A DNA stretch of 15,739 nt from Armatimonadota bacterium. GTDB taxonomy: Bacteria; Sysuimicrobiota; Sysuimicrobiia; Sysuimicrobiales; Humicultoraceae. The stretch lies in assembly GCA_037446215.1 (NCBI GenBank), contig JBBIJB010000015.1, positions 1 to 15,739 on the forward strand, read 5' to 3'. The position numbers and the translations under genes are program-made. The notes beneath the pieces are model-generated. The model worked only from the letters and a program-made list of their open reading frames with translations. It did not search any database and had not been told where the DNA came from. The stretch's first letter is position 1, and the number at the start of each line of letters is the position of its first letter. Positions 8,466-15,739 of the stretch are shown here, piece by piece.

Positions 8466-9450
8466 CTCGGTCCACCTCTTCCGGCTCCGGGTAGGGGGCC
8501 GCAAGGCCGAACTCGACCCCCGCTGCGACCTCGGCCCGGGCGCGGTTATCCAGTTCGTCCAGCACAGCCGGGTCCAGGCCGGCACCGTCTATGAGCCAAC
8601 GGCGGTGGATCTCCAGGGGGTCGCGCTCCGCCTTCCACCGCTCCTCCTCCTCCCTAGATCGGTAGTAGGAGCGGCTGATGTCTCCCACGTGATGCCCGTA
8701 GTAGCGGTAGGTGTTACACAGCAGCGCGGCAGGGCCTTCGCGGCGCCTCGCTCTTCCCACCGCCTCCTCCGAAGCGGCATAGACGGCGCGTACGTCCTGT
8801 CCATCGACCTCCCAGACCGGGATCCCGAACGCCTCAGGCCTGGCTCGCAGAGAACCCGCCGCGGTCTCGGTATACAACGTGTACTCGCTGTACAGGTTGT
8901 TCTCGCACACGTAGATTACGGGCAGCTTCCACAGCGACGCCAGGTTCATCACCTCGTAGAGGAGTCCCTGACCCAGCGCTCCTTCCCCGAAGAAGCAGAC
9001 CGAAACGCGATCGTCACCCAACGCCTTGGCCGAGAGCGCGGCGCCTGTCGCGATTCCCGCGCTTCCGCCCACTATCGCGTTGGCGCCCAGGTTCCCCGTG
9101 GCAGGATCGGCTATGTGCATCGAACCGCCCTTCCCTTTGCAGTACCCAGCGGCCTTTCCGAGGAGTTCCGCAAACATCCGATCGGGCGAGGCTCCCTTGG
9201 CCAGGCAGTGGCCGTGGCCCCGGTGGGTGCTCGTGATGTAGTCCCGCGGGCCCAGAGCCATGCAAACCCCGACAGCCACCGCTTCCTGACCCGTGCACAG
9301 ATGCGCCAGCCCCGGCATCTTCGCCGTGATGTACAGCTGATTCACGCTCTCCTCGAAGGCGCGGATCGTCGCCATCAACCCGTAGGCAGCCACCCACCGG
9401 TCCAGGTCGGCCCGGGCCGGCTTCCTTCGCGCACCTGCTCTATCTCCCAT
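8452..9450 (-). CDS. TPP-dependent dehydrogenase E1 alpha subunit (AcoA/PdhA-like)
   Basis: HLCTGQEA, STHRGHGH, GKGGSMH, GANAIVG, TPP motif FFGEGA...CENN, TYRYYGHH. Confidence 0.94.
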   Translation of the reverse strand: MGDRAGARRKPARADLDRWVAAYGLMATIRAFEESVNQLYITAKMPGLAHLCTGQEAVAVGVCMALGPRDYITSTHRGHGHCLAKGASPDRMFAELLGKAAGYCKGKGGSMHIADPATGNLGANAIVGGSAGIATGAALSAKALGDDRVSVCFFGEGALGQGLLYEVMNLASLWKLPVIYVCENNLYSEYTLYTETAAGSLRARPEAFGIPVWEVDGQDVRAVYAASEEAVGRARRREGPAALLCNTYRYYGHHVGDISRSYYRSREEEERWKAERDPLEIHRRWLIDGAGLDPAVLDELDNRARAEVAAGVEFGLAAPYPEPEEVDRDVYA

Positions 9451-9490
9451 ACGCCCGAACCCCTCCCGCCCGCGGCCTTCCCCTGGAGCG

Positions 9491-10375
9491 CTAATAGCCC
9501 GCCAGGCCCGCCATCCGGGCCAGCACCTTGAACACGGAAGCGAAGTCCTGCCGGGACAGGCCCATGCCCCTCGCCGAGGTCAGCATCTCATTGGCCACGG
9601 CTGTCGTCGGAAGCGGAACCTCCAACTCCCGGCCCAACTCGAGCGCGAGCTGAAGGTCCTTCTGCATCATCGTTACGTCGAACCAGGCCTCCTCAGGCAT
9701 CTCGAGGACGAACGGACCTCGGTAGCGCAGCATCGGGGAGGCCATGACGCTGTTCAGCAGGACCTTGACCGCGGTCGCGCGGGGGACCCCGCGCTTCTCG
9801 GCGAGCAGCACGCCCTCGCTGAACGCCAGCATCTGGACCGCCAGGCTCAGGTTGCTCGCGACCTTCAGGAGGACGGCCTGGCCGTTCTCACCCACATAGT
9901 CAACGGTGGGGCCGATTGCCGTCAGGACCGGCAGGACGCGGTCGAACACGTCTCGATCGCCGCCCACCATTATCGACAGCCGTCCGGCCTCGAGGGTGGC
10001 GACACTTCCCGACACCGGCGCGTCGAGCATTCGCGCGCCCAGAGCCTCTACGCGGGTTGCCAGCTCCGCGCTTGCGCGCGGGCTGGCGGTACTCATGTCT
10101 ATATACACGCTGCCCGGTCGCAGGCCGGCGAGTACTCCGTCGGGTCCGTCGGTGATCTCTTGGAGCGCCTTGGTGTTTGTGACCATCGAGAAGACCACAT
10201 CAGAGGCCTCTGCGACGGCGCGGGGTGTAGGCGCCAGCCGCATACCTGCCTCCTCAAGCCACTTGGCCTTCTCCCTGGTCCGGTTGTAGCCCACGACCTG
10301 ATGCCCGGCGTCCAGGAGACGCTTGGCGATCCGCCCTCCCATGACTCCCAGTCCCACATAGCCCAGTTGCTGCAT
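9491..10375 (-). CDS. Beta-hydroxyacid dehydrogenase family oxidoreductase (3-hydroxyisobutyrate dehydrogenase/tartronate semialdehyde reductase-like)
   Basis: GLGVMG, YNRT, IDMST, DAPVSGS, catalytic K in LKVASN, F..MMQKDL. GAGGAG RBS next to the regulator stop. Confidence 0.93.
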   Translation of the reverse strand: MQQLGYVGLGVMGGRIAKRLLDAGHQVVGYNRTREKAKWLEEAGMRLAPTPRAVAEASDVVFSMVTNTKALQEITDGPDGVLAGLRPGSVYIDMSTASPRASAELATRVEALGARMLDAPVSGSVATLEAGRLSIMVGGDRDVFDRVLPVLTAIGPTVDYVGENGQAVLLKVASNLSLAVQMLAFSEGVLLAEKRGVPRATAVKVLLNSVMASPMLRYRGPFVLEMPEEAWFDVTMMQKDLQLALELGRELEVPLPTTAVANEMLTSARGMGLSRQDFASVFKVLARMAGLAGY

Positions 10376-10385
10376 CCGCTCCTCC

Positions 10386-11126
10386 TCAGCTCTCCTCGTT
10401 CACAGTGCCCGGAGCGGAGCCGGCCTCTGCCGCGCTCTCCCTGAGCACGTGCCTGAAGTCCCTCTCTACCCTGGCTAGGTGCTCAAGCATCCTCTGCCTG
10501 GCGCCATCGGCGTTGCCCGCGGCCACCGCCTCCAGGATCAGGCGGTGCTGCGCTATCGACTGATGGGGGCTCCCGGGAATGTGGAAGATCGATCCGAGAG
10601 CCCGGTGCAGCAGATCTCTTATCGCCTGCATGACGTGAACGACGACTCTGTTGCGCGTCGCCTCCGCAACCGCGAGGTGAAACTGCAGGTCGGCTTCGAT
10701 GTACTCCTCCTGTGAGCCCAGTCCCGCCGACATCTCCTCGATGTGGCTGTTCATCCGTGCCATGTCTGCCTCGGTCCGTCGCAGGGCTGCGAGCGCGGCT
10801 GTCTCGGCCTCGACTATCTTCCGCGCCTCGTAGAGCTCTCCGAGGTTCGTCTCCCTTGCCGCGAGGAGGAACCGCAGGGAGTCGCTCAGGGGGTTCCAGT
10901 AGTCGGCGACGACGAAGGCCCCCTTCCCCGCGAATCCTATAAGGCCCCGCGACTCAAGCATTCTGAGCGCCTCTCGCACGGAGGACCTCCCGACGCCGTA
11001 GGCCTGCGCGAGATCCCGCTCGGTGGGCAGCGGCTCTCCCGGCTTCAGATGGCGCTCCCGAATCTGCCCCGAGAGGTCCTGTGCGACAAGCTCGTAGAAC
11101 TTGCTCCGTTTCAGCGTCGCAGGCAT
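10386..11126 (-). CDS. GntR family, FadR-subfamily transcriptional regulator
   Basis: wHTH LKPGEPLPTERDLAQAYGVGRSSVREAL. FCD domain with EARKIVE, DLQFH, N and QH motifs. Confidence 0.95.
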   Translation of the reverse strand: MPATLKRSKFYELVAQDLSGQIRERHLKPGEPLPTERDLAQAYGVGRSSVREALRMLESRGLIGFAGKGAFVVADYWNPLSDSLRFLLAARETNLGELYEARKIVEAETAALAALRRTEADMARMNSHIEEMSAGLGSQEEYIEADLQFHLAVAEATRNRVVVHVMQAIRDLLHRALGSIFHIPGSPHQSIAQHRLILEAVAAGNADGARQRMLEHLARVERDFRHVLRESAAEAGSAPGTVNEES

Positions 11127-11144
11127 TGGATGACCCCGCTCAAG

Positions 11145-13007
11145 CTAGCTCATCACCCGCGGGCCGGCCGCCCTCCTTCTCTGCCAGAAGTAGATAGCAA
11201 CGAATATCGCGATGCCCGACAGGTCGGTGGCCAGCCCCGGGATGAAGGTCAGGACCGTGGCGACCGCCAGCAGCACCCACTCGACAAGATTCGTGCGCAC
11301 CAGGAAGAACCCCGTGCTCATTATCGAGAACGCCACCGTTCCCACCACCGCGGACACCACAGCCCACGCGTTCTCGGCCGGGGTCCCGTTGAACAGGATG
11401 TGCGTATACGCGAATAGCACGGGCATCACGTAGATCAGCTTCGCGAACCGGAAGCTGTTCCAACCGGTCCGCCAGGGATCTGCGTCGGCGATCGCCGCCG
11501 CCGTGTACGCGCCGAGGGCCACCGGAGGCGTGATGTTGGAGTCGAGGCTCAGCCAAAAGATGATGAGGTGCGCCGCGATTAGCGGCACACCCAACTCTGC
11601 CAGCGCGGGCGCGGCGGCAACGGCCACCACAAGGTAGGCCGCCGTTATCGGCATACCCATCCCGAGGATGAAGGATGCTATGGCCACAAGCAGCAGCACC
11701 ATAGGGAGGCTCTGGCCTGCCAGCGTCAGCATTATCGTCGAGAACCTGATGCCAATCCCCGTGAGCGCGAGTATCCCGATGATGATGCCGACGGCTCCTG
11801 TCGCCGCGCCGACGAAGACAGAGGCCTTCCCGCCGTCCACCAGGGCTTGCCACACCTGGGCAGGCCCCATCCGGGTCTCACGGCGCGCCCAACTCACCAG
11901 GATCGTGGCCAATATCGCGTGGGTGGCGGAGCGGCCCGGCGTATAACCCTCGACGAGGGATGCCACCAGGACCACAATGGGCAAGAACATGTGCCAGCCG
12001 CCTCGAACCACCTCCGACAAACGCGGCAGCTCATCCTGGCTCAACCCGCGCAGCCCCAACTTCCGGGACTCAAGGTAGACCATGATCCCCACGGACAGGA
12101 AGAAGAGCATCCCCGGGACAATGGACATCTTCACTATCTGTACGTAGGGGATGCCTGTGATCTCGGCCATGATGAACGCGCCGGCGCCCATCACGGGCGG
12201 AAGGATCATCCCGCCCGTGGACGCGGAGGCCTCTACCGCCGCCGCTATGTGCGGTGGGAAACCGGTCTTCTTCATCAAGGGAATGGTGATCGACCCCGTG
12301 GTTGCCGTGTTGGCAATTGGGCTGCCGTTGATCGATCCCAGCAGCGCGCTGGACACCACGGCGACCTGGGCAGGCCCTCCGGCGATCCGACCGAAGAGCG
12401 CCATCGAGATATCGACAAAAACCTTCGCCACGCCCGCCCGCAGCATGAAGGCCCCGAAGGCGACGAAGGGTAGTATGAACGTGGCCAGGACCTCGGCCAT
12501 CACTCCGAAGAGGCCCTCCGAGGTCAGGTATACGTACTCGATCACCCGCCGGAAGGTGAAGCCCCTATGCCCAATGAGGGGAGGGAGGTGGTTTCCGAAG
12601 AGGGCATAGGCTATAGACAGGAGGGCGATCACCGCGAGGGGGCGTCCCAACACCCGACGGGCGACCTCCACGGCCAGTGCAGTCGCCACAAGGCCCATGT
12701 AGAAGTCCAGGCGCGTGTAGGCGCCAGCCCTGTAGGCGAGCGCCTCGTGTAGGACGATCCAGTACCCCACGCCCACCACCGCGCCCACTATCATGGCGAT
12801 GTCGGCCGGCCCGGGAGCGGATTTCGGCGACCGCTTCCATCCTCGGTAGAGAAGCAGGGCGGCGACCAGGCTGAAGAGCAGCGCGATCCCCCTGTGGTGC
12901 TGTAAAGAGGTCATGCCGAACGCGGCCGTTCTGAGGTAGTACAGGACTGTGGAGACCAGCAGGAGCTGGGCGACTAGGTCCCATGATCGGCTGAGGCTCC
13001 GGTTCAT
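11145..13007 (-). CDS. TRAP transporter fused 4TM/12TM permease (TAXI type)
   Basis: 620-aa highly hydrophobic protein with GGPAQVAVVSS, GSINGSPIAN, TIPLMKK, EASASTGGMILPPVMGAGAF, LGMGMPITAAY and ITPPVALGAY motifs. Confidence 0.93.
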   Translation of the reverse strand: MNRSLSRSWDLVAQLLLVSTVLYYLRTAAFGMTSLQHHRGIALLFSLVAALLLYRGWKRSPKSAPGPADIAMIVGAVVGVGYWIVLHEALAYRAGAYTRLDFYMGLVATALAVEVARRVLGRPLAVIALLSIAYALFGNHLPPLIGHRGFTFRRVIEYVYLTSEGLFGVMAEVLATFILPFVAFGAFMLRAGVAKVFVDISMALFGRIAGGPAQVAVVSSALLGSINGSPIANTATTGSITIPLMKKTGFPPHIAAAVEASASTGGMILPPVMGAGAFIMAEITGIPYVQIVKMSIVPGMLFFLSVGIMVYLESRKLGLRGLSQDELPRLSEVVRGGWHMFLPIVVLVASLVEGYTPGRSATHAILATILVSWARRETRMGPAQVWQALVDGGKASVFVGAATGAVGIIIGILALTGIGIRFSTIMLTLAGQSLPMVLLLVAIASFILGMGMPITAAYLVVAVAAAPALAELGVPLIAAHLIIFWLSLDSNITPPVALGAYTAAAIADADPWRTGWNSFRFAKLIYVMPVLFAYTHILFNGTPAENAWAVVSAVVGTVAFSIMSTGFFLVRTNLVEWVLLAVATVLTFIPGLATDLSGIAIFVAIYFWQRRRAAGPRVMS

Positions 13008-13084
13008 CGGCTGGCCGGCCCCACTTCCTCGATGGGCGTGATGCCGGAGTGCGCCCCCGACGGCAGGCGTGTGGAGCTCATCAT
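13004..13084 (-). other. Possible 26-aa mini-ORF bridging the TAXI binding-protein and permease genes
   Basis: Minus strand reads TAG(stop)GAGCGCC ATG ATG AGC...CGA TGA = MMSSTRLPSGAHSGITPIEEVGPASR*. An AGGAG RBS precedes it and its TGA overlaps the permease ATG. Confidence 0.3.
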
Positions 13085-13091
13085 GGCGCTC

Positions 13092-14105
13092 CTACCGCGC
13101 CCTGATCCGCTCTGGGATCTCGAGGCCTACGGAGTTCCAGTGGGCCTCTGCACCCTTGTGAAGGGGAGTAGTCACTCCCTGCAACGCTCTCCTTGATGTC
13201 ATGTCCGATGACGCGCTGTGGACCCTGAGCATGTGACCGTGGCCGTCACGGCTGTAGCCCGCCTCCACGAGCCTCTGTATCAGAGCCGCGGAGGTCCTGG
13301 CGTTCGTGAACCACATCGCCGGAATCCCAAGCGCCGACACGTTCTCGGTAACGCCCGCGTAGGCGCCGCCCGGTATCAGGTACCGTGAGAAGTAGGGATA
13401 TGCGGTGAAGAAGTCGGTCCTCGTGAGCGGGCCGTAGATGTCTAGGAAGTGCACCGGCTTGGCAATCGCGGCCTCGATGGTGACGCGATCGGGGTAGGGG
13501 CCTGTCCAGAAGTAGGCGTCTGCCCTGCCCTCTGCCATCGCTGCTCCGGCCGCCGCGCCCAATAGCGGAACCCTTGTCATCCGCTCCCAGACACCGAGCT
13601 TCCTGAACACGCGCTCCGCGCTGGCGAAGGTCCCCGAGCCCGGCGTTCCGACCGCCACCCTCTTGCCGGCGAGGTCCTCCACGGTCCGGATCCCGCTGTC
13701 GCGGAACGTCACGACGTGTGCGACGCCCGTGAATATCATCCCAATCGCCCTGATGTTCGTCTGCGGGGTGCCGCGAAACGCGTCGATCCCGTTGAAGCCC
13801 TCGTGCAGGTCCGAGGCGAACGCGATCCCCATCTCGGCCTCGCCCGCGTTGACCCGACGGACGTTCTCCACCGAGCCGCCGGTTGCTGCTACGGAGACAT
13901 CCACGCCGGAGACGGCGCGTGAGAGATACGTGCCCAGGCCGGTGGCGAAGATCCCAAAGACCCCGCCGGGGGGGCCGCCCAGCATCGTCACCCTCTCCAG
14001 GCCAGGGCCTGCCGCTCCTGGCACTGCCGCGAACGTGCCGAGCAAGAGCGCCATCAACGCGGTGACTCCGAGCCGTACGAATCGCCGATCCAGTCTGGTC
14101 ACCAT
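13092..14105 (-). CDS. TAXI family TRAP transporter solute-binding subunit
   Basis: N-terminal signal peptide, GGPPGGVF, ATGGSVENV, DLAGKRVAVGTPGSG, PLHKGA. GGAGG RBS 7 nt upstream. Confidence 0.94.
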   Translation of the reverse strand: MVTRLDRRFVRLGVTALMALLLGTFAAVPGAAGPGLERVTMLGGPPGGVFGIFATGLGTYLSRAVSGVDVSVAATGGSVENVRRVNAGEAEMGIAFASDLHEGFNGIDAFRGTPQTNIRAIGMIFTGVAHVVTFRDSGIRTVEDLAGKRVAVGTPGSGTFASAERVFRKLGVWERMTRVPLLGAAAGAAMAEGRADAYFWTGPYPDRVTIEAAIAKPVHFLDIYGPLTRTDFFTAYPYFSRYLIPGGAYAGVTENVSALGIPAMWFTNARTSAALIQRLVEAGYSRDGHGHMLRVHSASSDMTSRRALQGVTTPLHKGAEAHWNSVGLEIPERIRAR

Positions 14106-14172
14106 GGAACGTCCTCCCCCGGGCCTTTAGGATCAACTCGAGTCGGGCGACTTCCAACTCCGGGACGATGCG

Positions 14173-14196
14173 ATCAGACAATCGGACCAACAGACC
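14173..14196. promoter_or_regulatory. Three imperfect tandem 8-bp repeats, candidate FadR/GntR operator
   Basis: ATCAGACA-ATCGGACC-AACAGACC (minus strand GGTCTGTT GGTCCGAT TGTCTGAT), about 70-90 nt upstream of the TAXI start, in the largest internal intergenic gap. Confidence 0.45.
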
Positions 14197-14299
14197 GATG
14201 GCTGGTTCTTCGGCGCGCCTCGCGGACATCCTGCATCCGGGCCCACGGTCCGCTGTCGGGCTCCGCGCACTTCAGGGCGAAGCCTTGCCTGCTTGGGTT

Positions 14300-15253
14300 C
14301 TAGCGGACCGGCCTGTCCGTCCGGCGGGTGAGCAGACCCAGGACCTCCTGCCGGGTGGTCCAGGGGACATCCCCCCAGAAGGTCTGGGAGAGAGATGCGA
14401 GTGCGGCTCCATACCTCAGGCCCGCAGCGAGATCCCCTTCCAGGGCGCCCCATATGAGCCCCGCGGCAAACGCGTCTCCTCGCCCGATGGGATCGACCTC
14501 GGCCCCCGGGATCGCGGCCTCGCTGTGCACGCCCTCACCATCTGCCAGATGGGCGCCTTCGACTCCTGCGGTGACCACAGCCGCCCCGGCGCGGACGCGT
14601 TCACGAAGCTGAACCGCCAGCTCACGCGGGGCACCGTGGAGATCGAAGACCTCACGGGCGTCCTCCTGTGTGGCGATTACCAGGTTGATGCCGTCGAGCA
14701 AGGGCATGAGCACGTCCCGCGCCTTGTTGGCGGACCAGAGCTTGCGCCGGTGGTTCACGTCGAGAGAGGTCGCCACCCCCGCGGCCCTTGCCTCGGAGAG
14801 GAACCTCTCGGCCGAGCGGGCACATGGGTCGCCCAGCGCCGGAGTGATCCCGGTGGTGTGGGCCCATCTGGCCTGGCCGATGCTGGTTAGGTCGATCTCC
14901 TCAGGACGGAGCGTGCTGAAGGCGGAGCCGCTCCTGTCGTAGTAGACCGTGACGCCCCGGGGAGATGGTGCCTGTTCGAGGAAGTAGAGGCCTGTCCGGC
15001 CGCCTGTTGCCCACACCACCGCCGAGGTGTCCACTCCGTGGCGCCGCAGGTCGCCGGCGATCCGGCGGCCCAGGGGATCGTCTACCAGTTTGGAGATCCA
15101 CGACGTCCGAAACCCCATTCTGGCAAGCGCCACCGTCACGTTTGCCTCGGAGCCCGCCGACCTCATCTCCAGGATGTGCGCGGACTCCAGGCTCTCACCG
15201 TGTGGAGCGGCAAGCCTGATCATCGCCTCGCCAAGGGCAACCAGGTCGTACAT
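14300..15253 (-). CDS. PfkB/ribokinase-family sugar kinase, 2-keto-3-deoxygluconate kinase-like
   Basis: LGEAMI, AGSEANV, RTGLYFLE, YYDRSGSAFS, TGITPAL, DVNHRRKLWS, VDPIGRGDAFAAGLI. Confidence 0.9.
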   Translation of the reverse strand: MYDLVALGEAMIRLAAPHGESLESAHILEMRSAGSEANVTVALARMGFRTSWISKLVDDPLGRRIAGDLRRHGVDTSAVVWATGGRTGLYFLEQAPSPRGVTVYYDRSGSAFSTLRPEEIDLTSIGQARWAHTTGITPALGDPCARSAERFLSEARAAGVATSLDVNHRRKLWSANKARDVLMPLLDGINLVIATQEDAREVFDLHGAPRELAVQLRERVRAGAAVVTAGVEGAHLADGEGVHSEAAIPGAEVDPIGRGDAFAAGLIWGALEGDLAAGLRYGAALASLSQTFWGDVPWTTRQEVLGLLTRRTDRPVR

Positions 15254-15337
15254 CGCTCCTCATCTTCGCCAGAAGGCACGCAGGGGCCTGCAGGTAGGGC
15301 AAGGAGCATGGGGAGGCCGATCAGGGAAGTGTCCTAG

Positions 15338-15398
15338 ATCATACCCCGTATGGAATCAGTAGGTGCATTTCCGTAGTATGTGGGATAAGCGCCCACAT
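15338..15398. promoter_or_regulatory. Divergent promoter region with candidate -10 boxes and an inverted repeat
   Basis: Locally lower GC. Minus-strand TATGAT (15343-15338) faces the kinase. Plus-strand TGGAAT-N17-TAGTAT (15351-15379) faces the Fe-S gene. Inverted repeat ATGTGGG-N7-CCCACAT at 15378-15398. Confidence 0.35.
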
Positions 15399-15423
15399 CT
15401 CACATGGGGAGGGAATCCACCCT

Positions 15424-15739
15424 ATGATCTCGCGCAGGAGTCTCCTACGAACCGCGGCCCCGGCCGCCCTGGGTCTGGTCGGCATGCGCGCGTCGCGGGC
15501 TCAGGCCCGCCAGCGGATGGCGATCCTGTTCGACAGCAGCCTCTGCCTGGGCTGCCAGGCCTGTCGCGTCGCCTGCCAGGGACAGAACTCAACCGGGCCG
15601 GCCGCGACCTTCCTGCGCGTTCCCACGACCGAGAGCGGGACCTACCCGAGGGTGGCGGCCGCGACGAGGCGGGCGGCCTGCCTGCACTGCGGGGAGGCGG
15701 CGTGCGTCTCGGTCTGCCCCGCGAAGGCCACCTACAAGG
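15424..15739 (+). CDS. 4Fe-4S dicluster electron-transfer protein (NrfC/HybA/TtrB/DmsB-like) with twin-arginine signal; 3' end outside window, absent from the ORF track
   Basis: Manual translation: MISRRSLLRTAAPAALGLVGMRASRAQARQRMAILFDSSLCLGCQACRVACQGQN...ESGTYP...ACLHCGEAACVSVCPAKATYK. Contains CxxCxxCxxxC and CxxCxxxxCxxxCP motifs. GGGAGG RBS upstream. Confidence 0.9.
   Translation, partial: MISRRSLLRTAAPAALGLVGMRASRAQARQRMAILFDSSLCLGCQACRVACQGQNSTGPAATFLRVPTTESGTYPRVAAATRRAACLHCGEAACVSVCPAKATYK

Noticed and set aside
8466..8585. 40-aa N-terminal extension of E1 beta
   Set aside because: It lies inside E1 alpha in another frame. ATG 8465 has an RBS and gives a typical length.
6243..9450. 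Assigning pdhABC or acoABC gene symbols
   Set aside because: Family membership is clear, but the substrate cannot be determined from motifs and the context is atypical for both.
1207..9531. Long plus-strand ORFs (1207..2352, 2359..3186, 3917..5347, 8134..9531 and others)
   Set aside because: These are antisense shadows of well-supported minus-strand genes, expected in high-GC DNA, with no recognisable motifs.
14070..14105. DRRFV in the TAXI signal peptide as a Tat motif
   Set aside because: It does not fit S/T-R-R-x-F-L-K spacing well and is equally consistent with a basic Sec n-region.
13246..14453. Minus-strand alternative-frame ORFs 13246..14229 and 14133..14453
   Set aside because: They overlap the TAXI and kinase genes, have low-complexity Arg/Gly/Pro composition and show no domain signal.

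Overview
High-GC bacterial window holding a compact minus-strand catabolic cluster of 14 genes. In transcription order: PfkB/KdgK-like kinase; TAXI-TRAP binding protein and fused permease; FadR/GntR regulator; beta-hydroxyacid dehydrogenase; TPP-dependent E1alpha, E1beta and lipoyl E2 (acetoin/pyruvate dehydrogenase-like, no E3); two Zn-dependent MDR dehydrogenases; a creatininase-fold protein I recognise as IolN-like (3-dehydro-scyllo-inosose hydrolase); an M24 pita-bread enzyme with an Asp-to-Cys metal-ligand change; a D-2-hydroxyacid dehydrogenase; and an EamA/DMT transporter running off the left edge. A divergent Tat-signal 4Fe-4S protein starts at the right edge. The ORF track misses both edge genes and misplaces several starts. 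The enzyme set matches no pathway I know and is a candidate undescribed cyclitol or keto-sugar-acid catabolic route. No RNA genes, mobile elements or CRISPR arrays were seen. All family calls come from motif reading and memory, not database searches.
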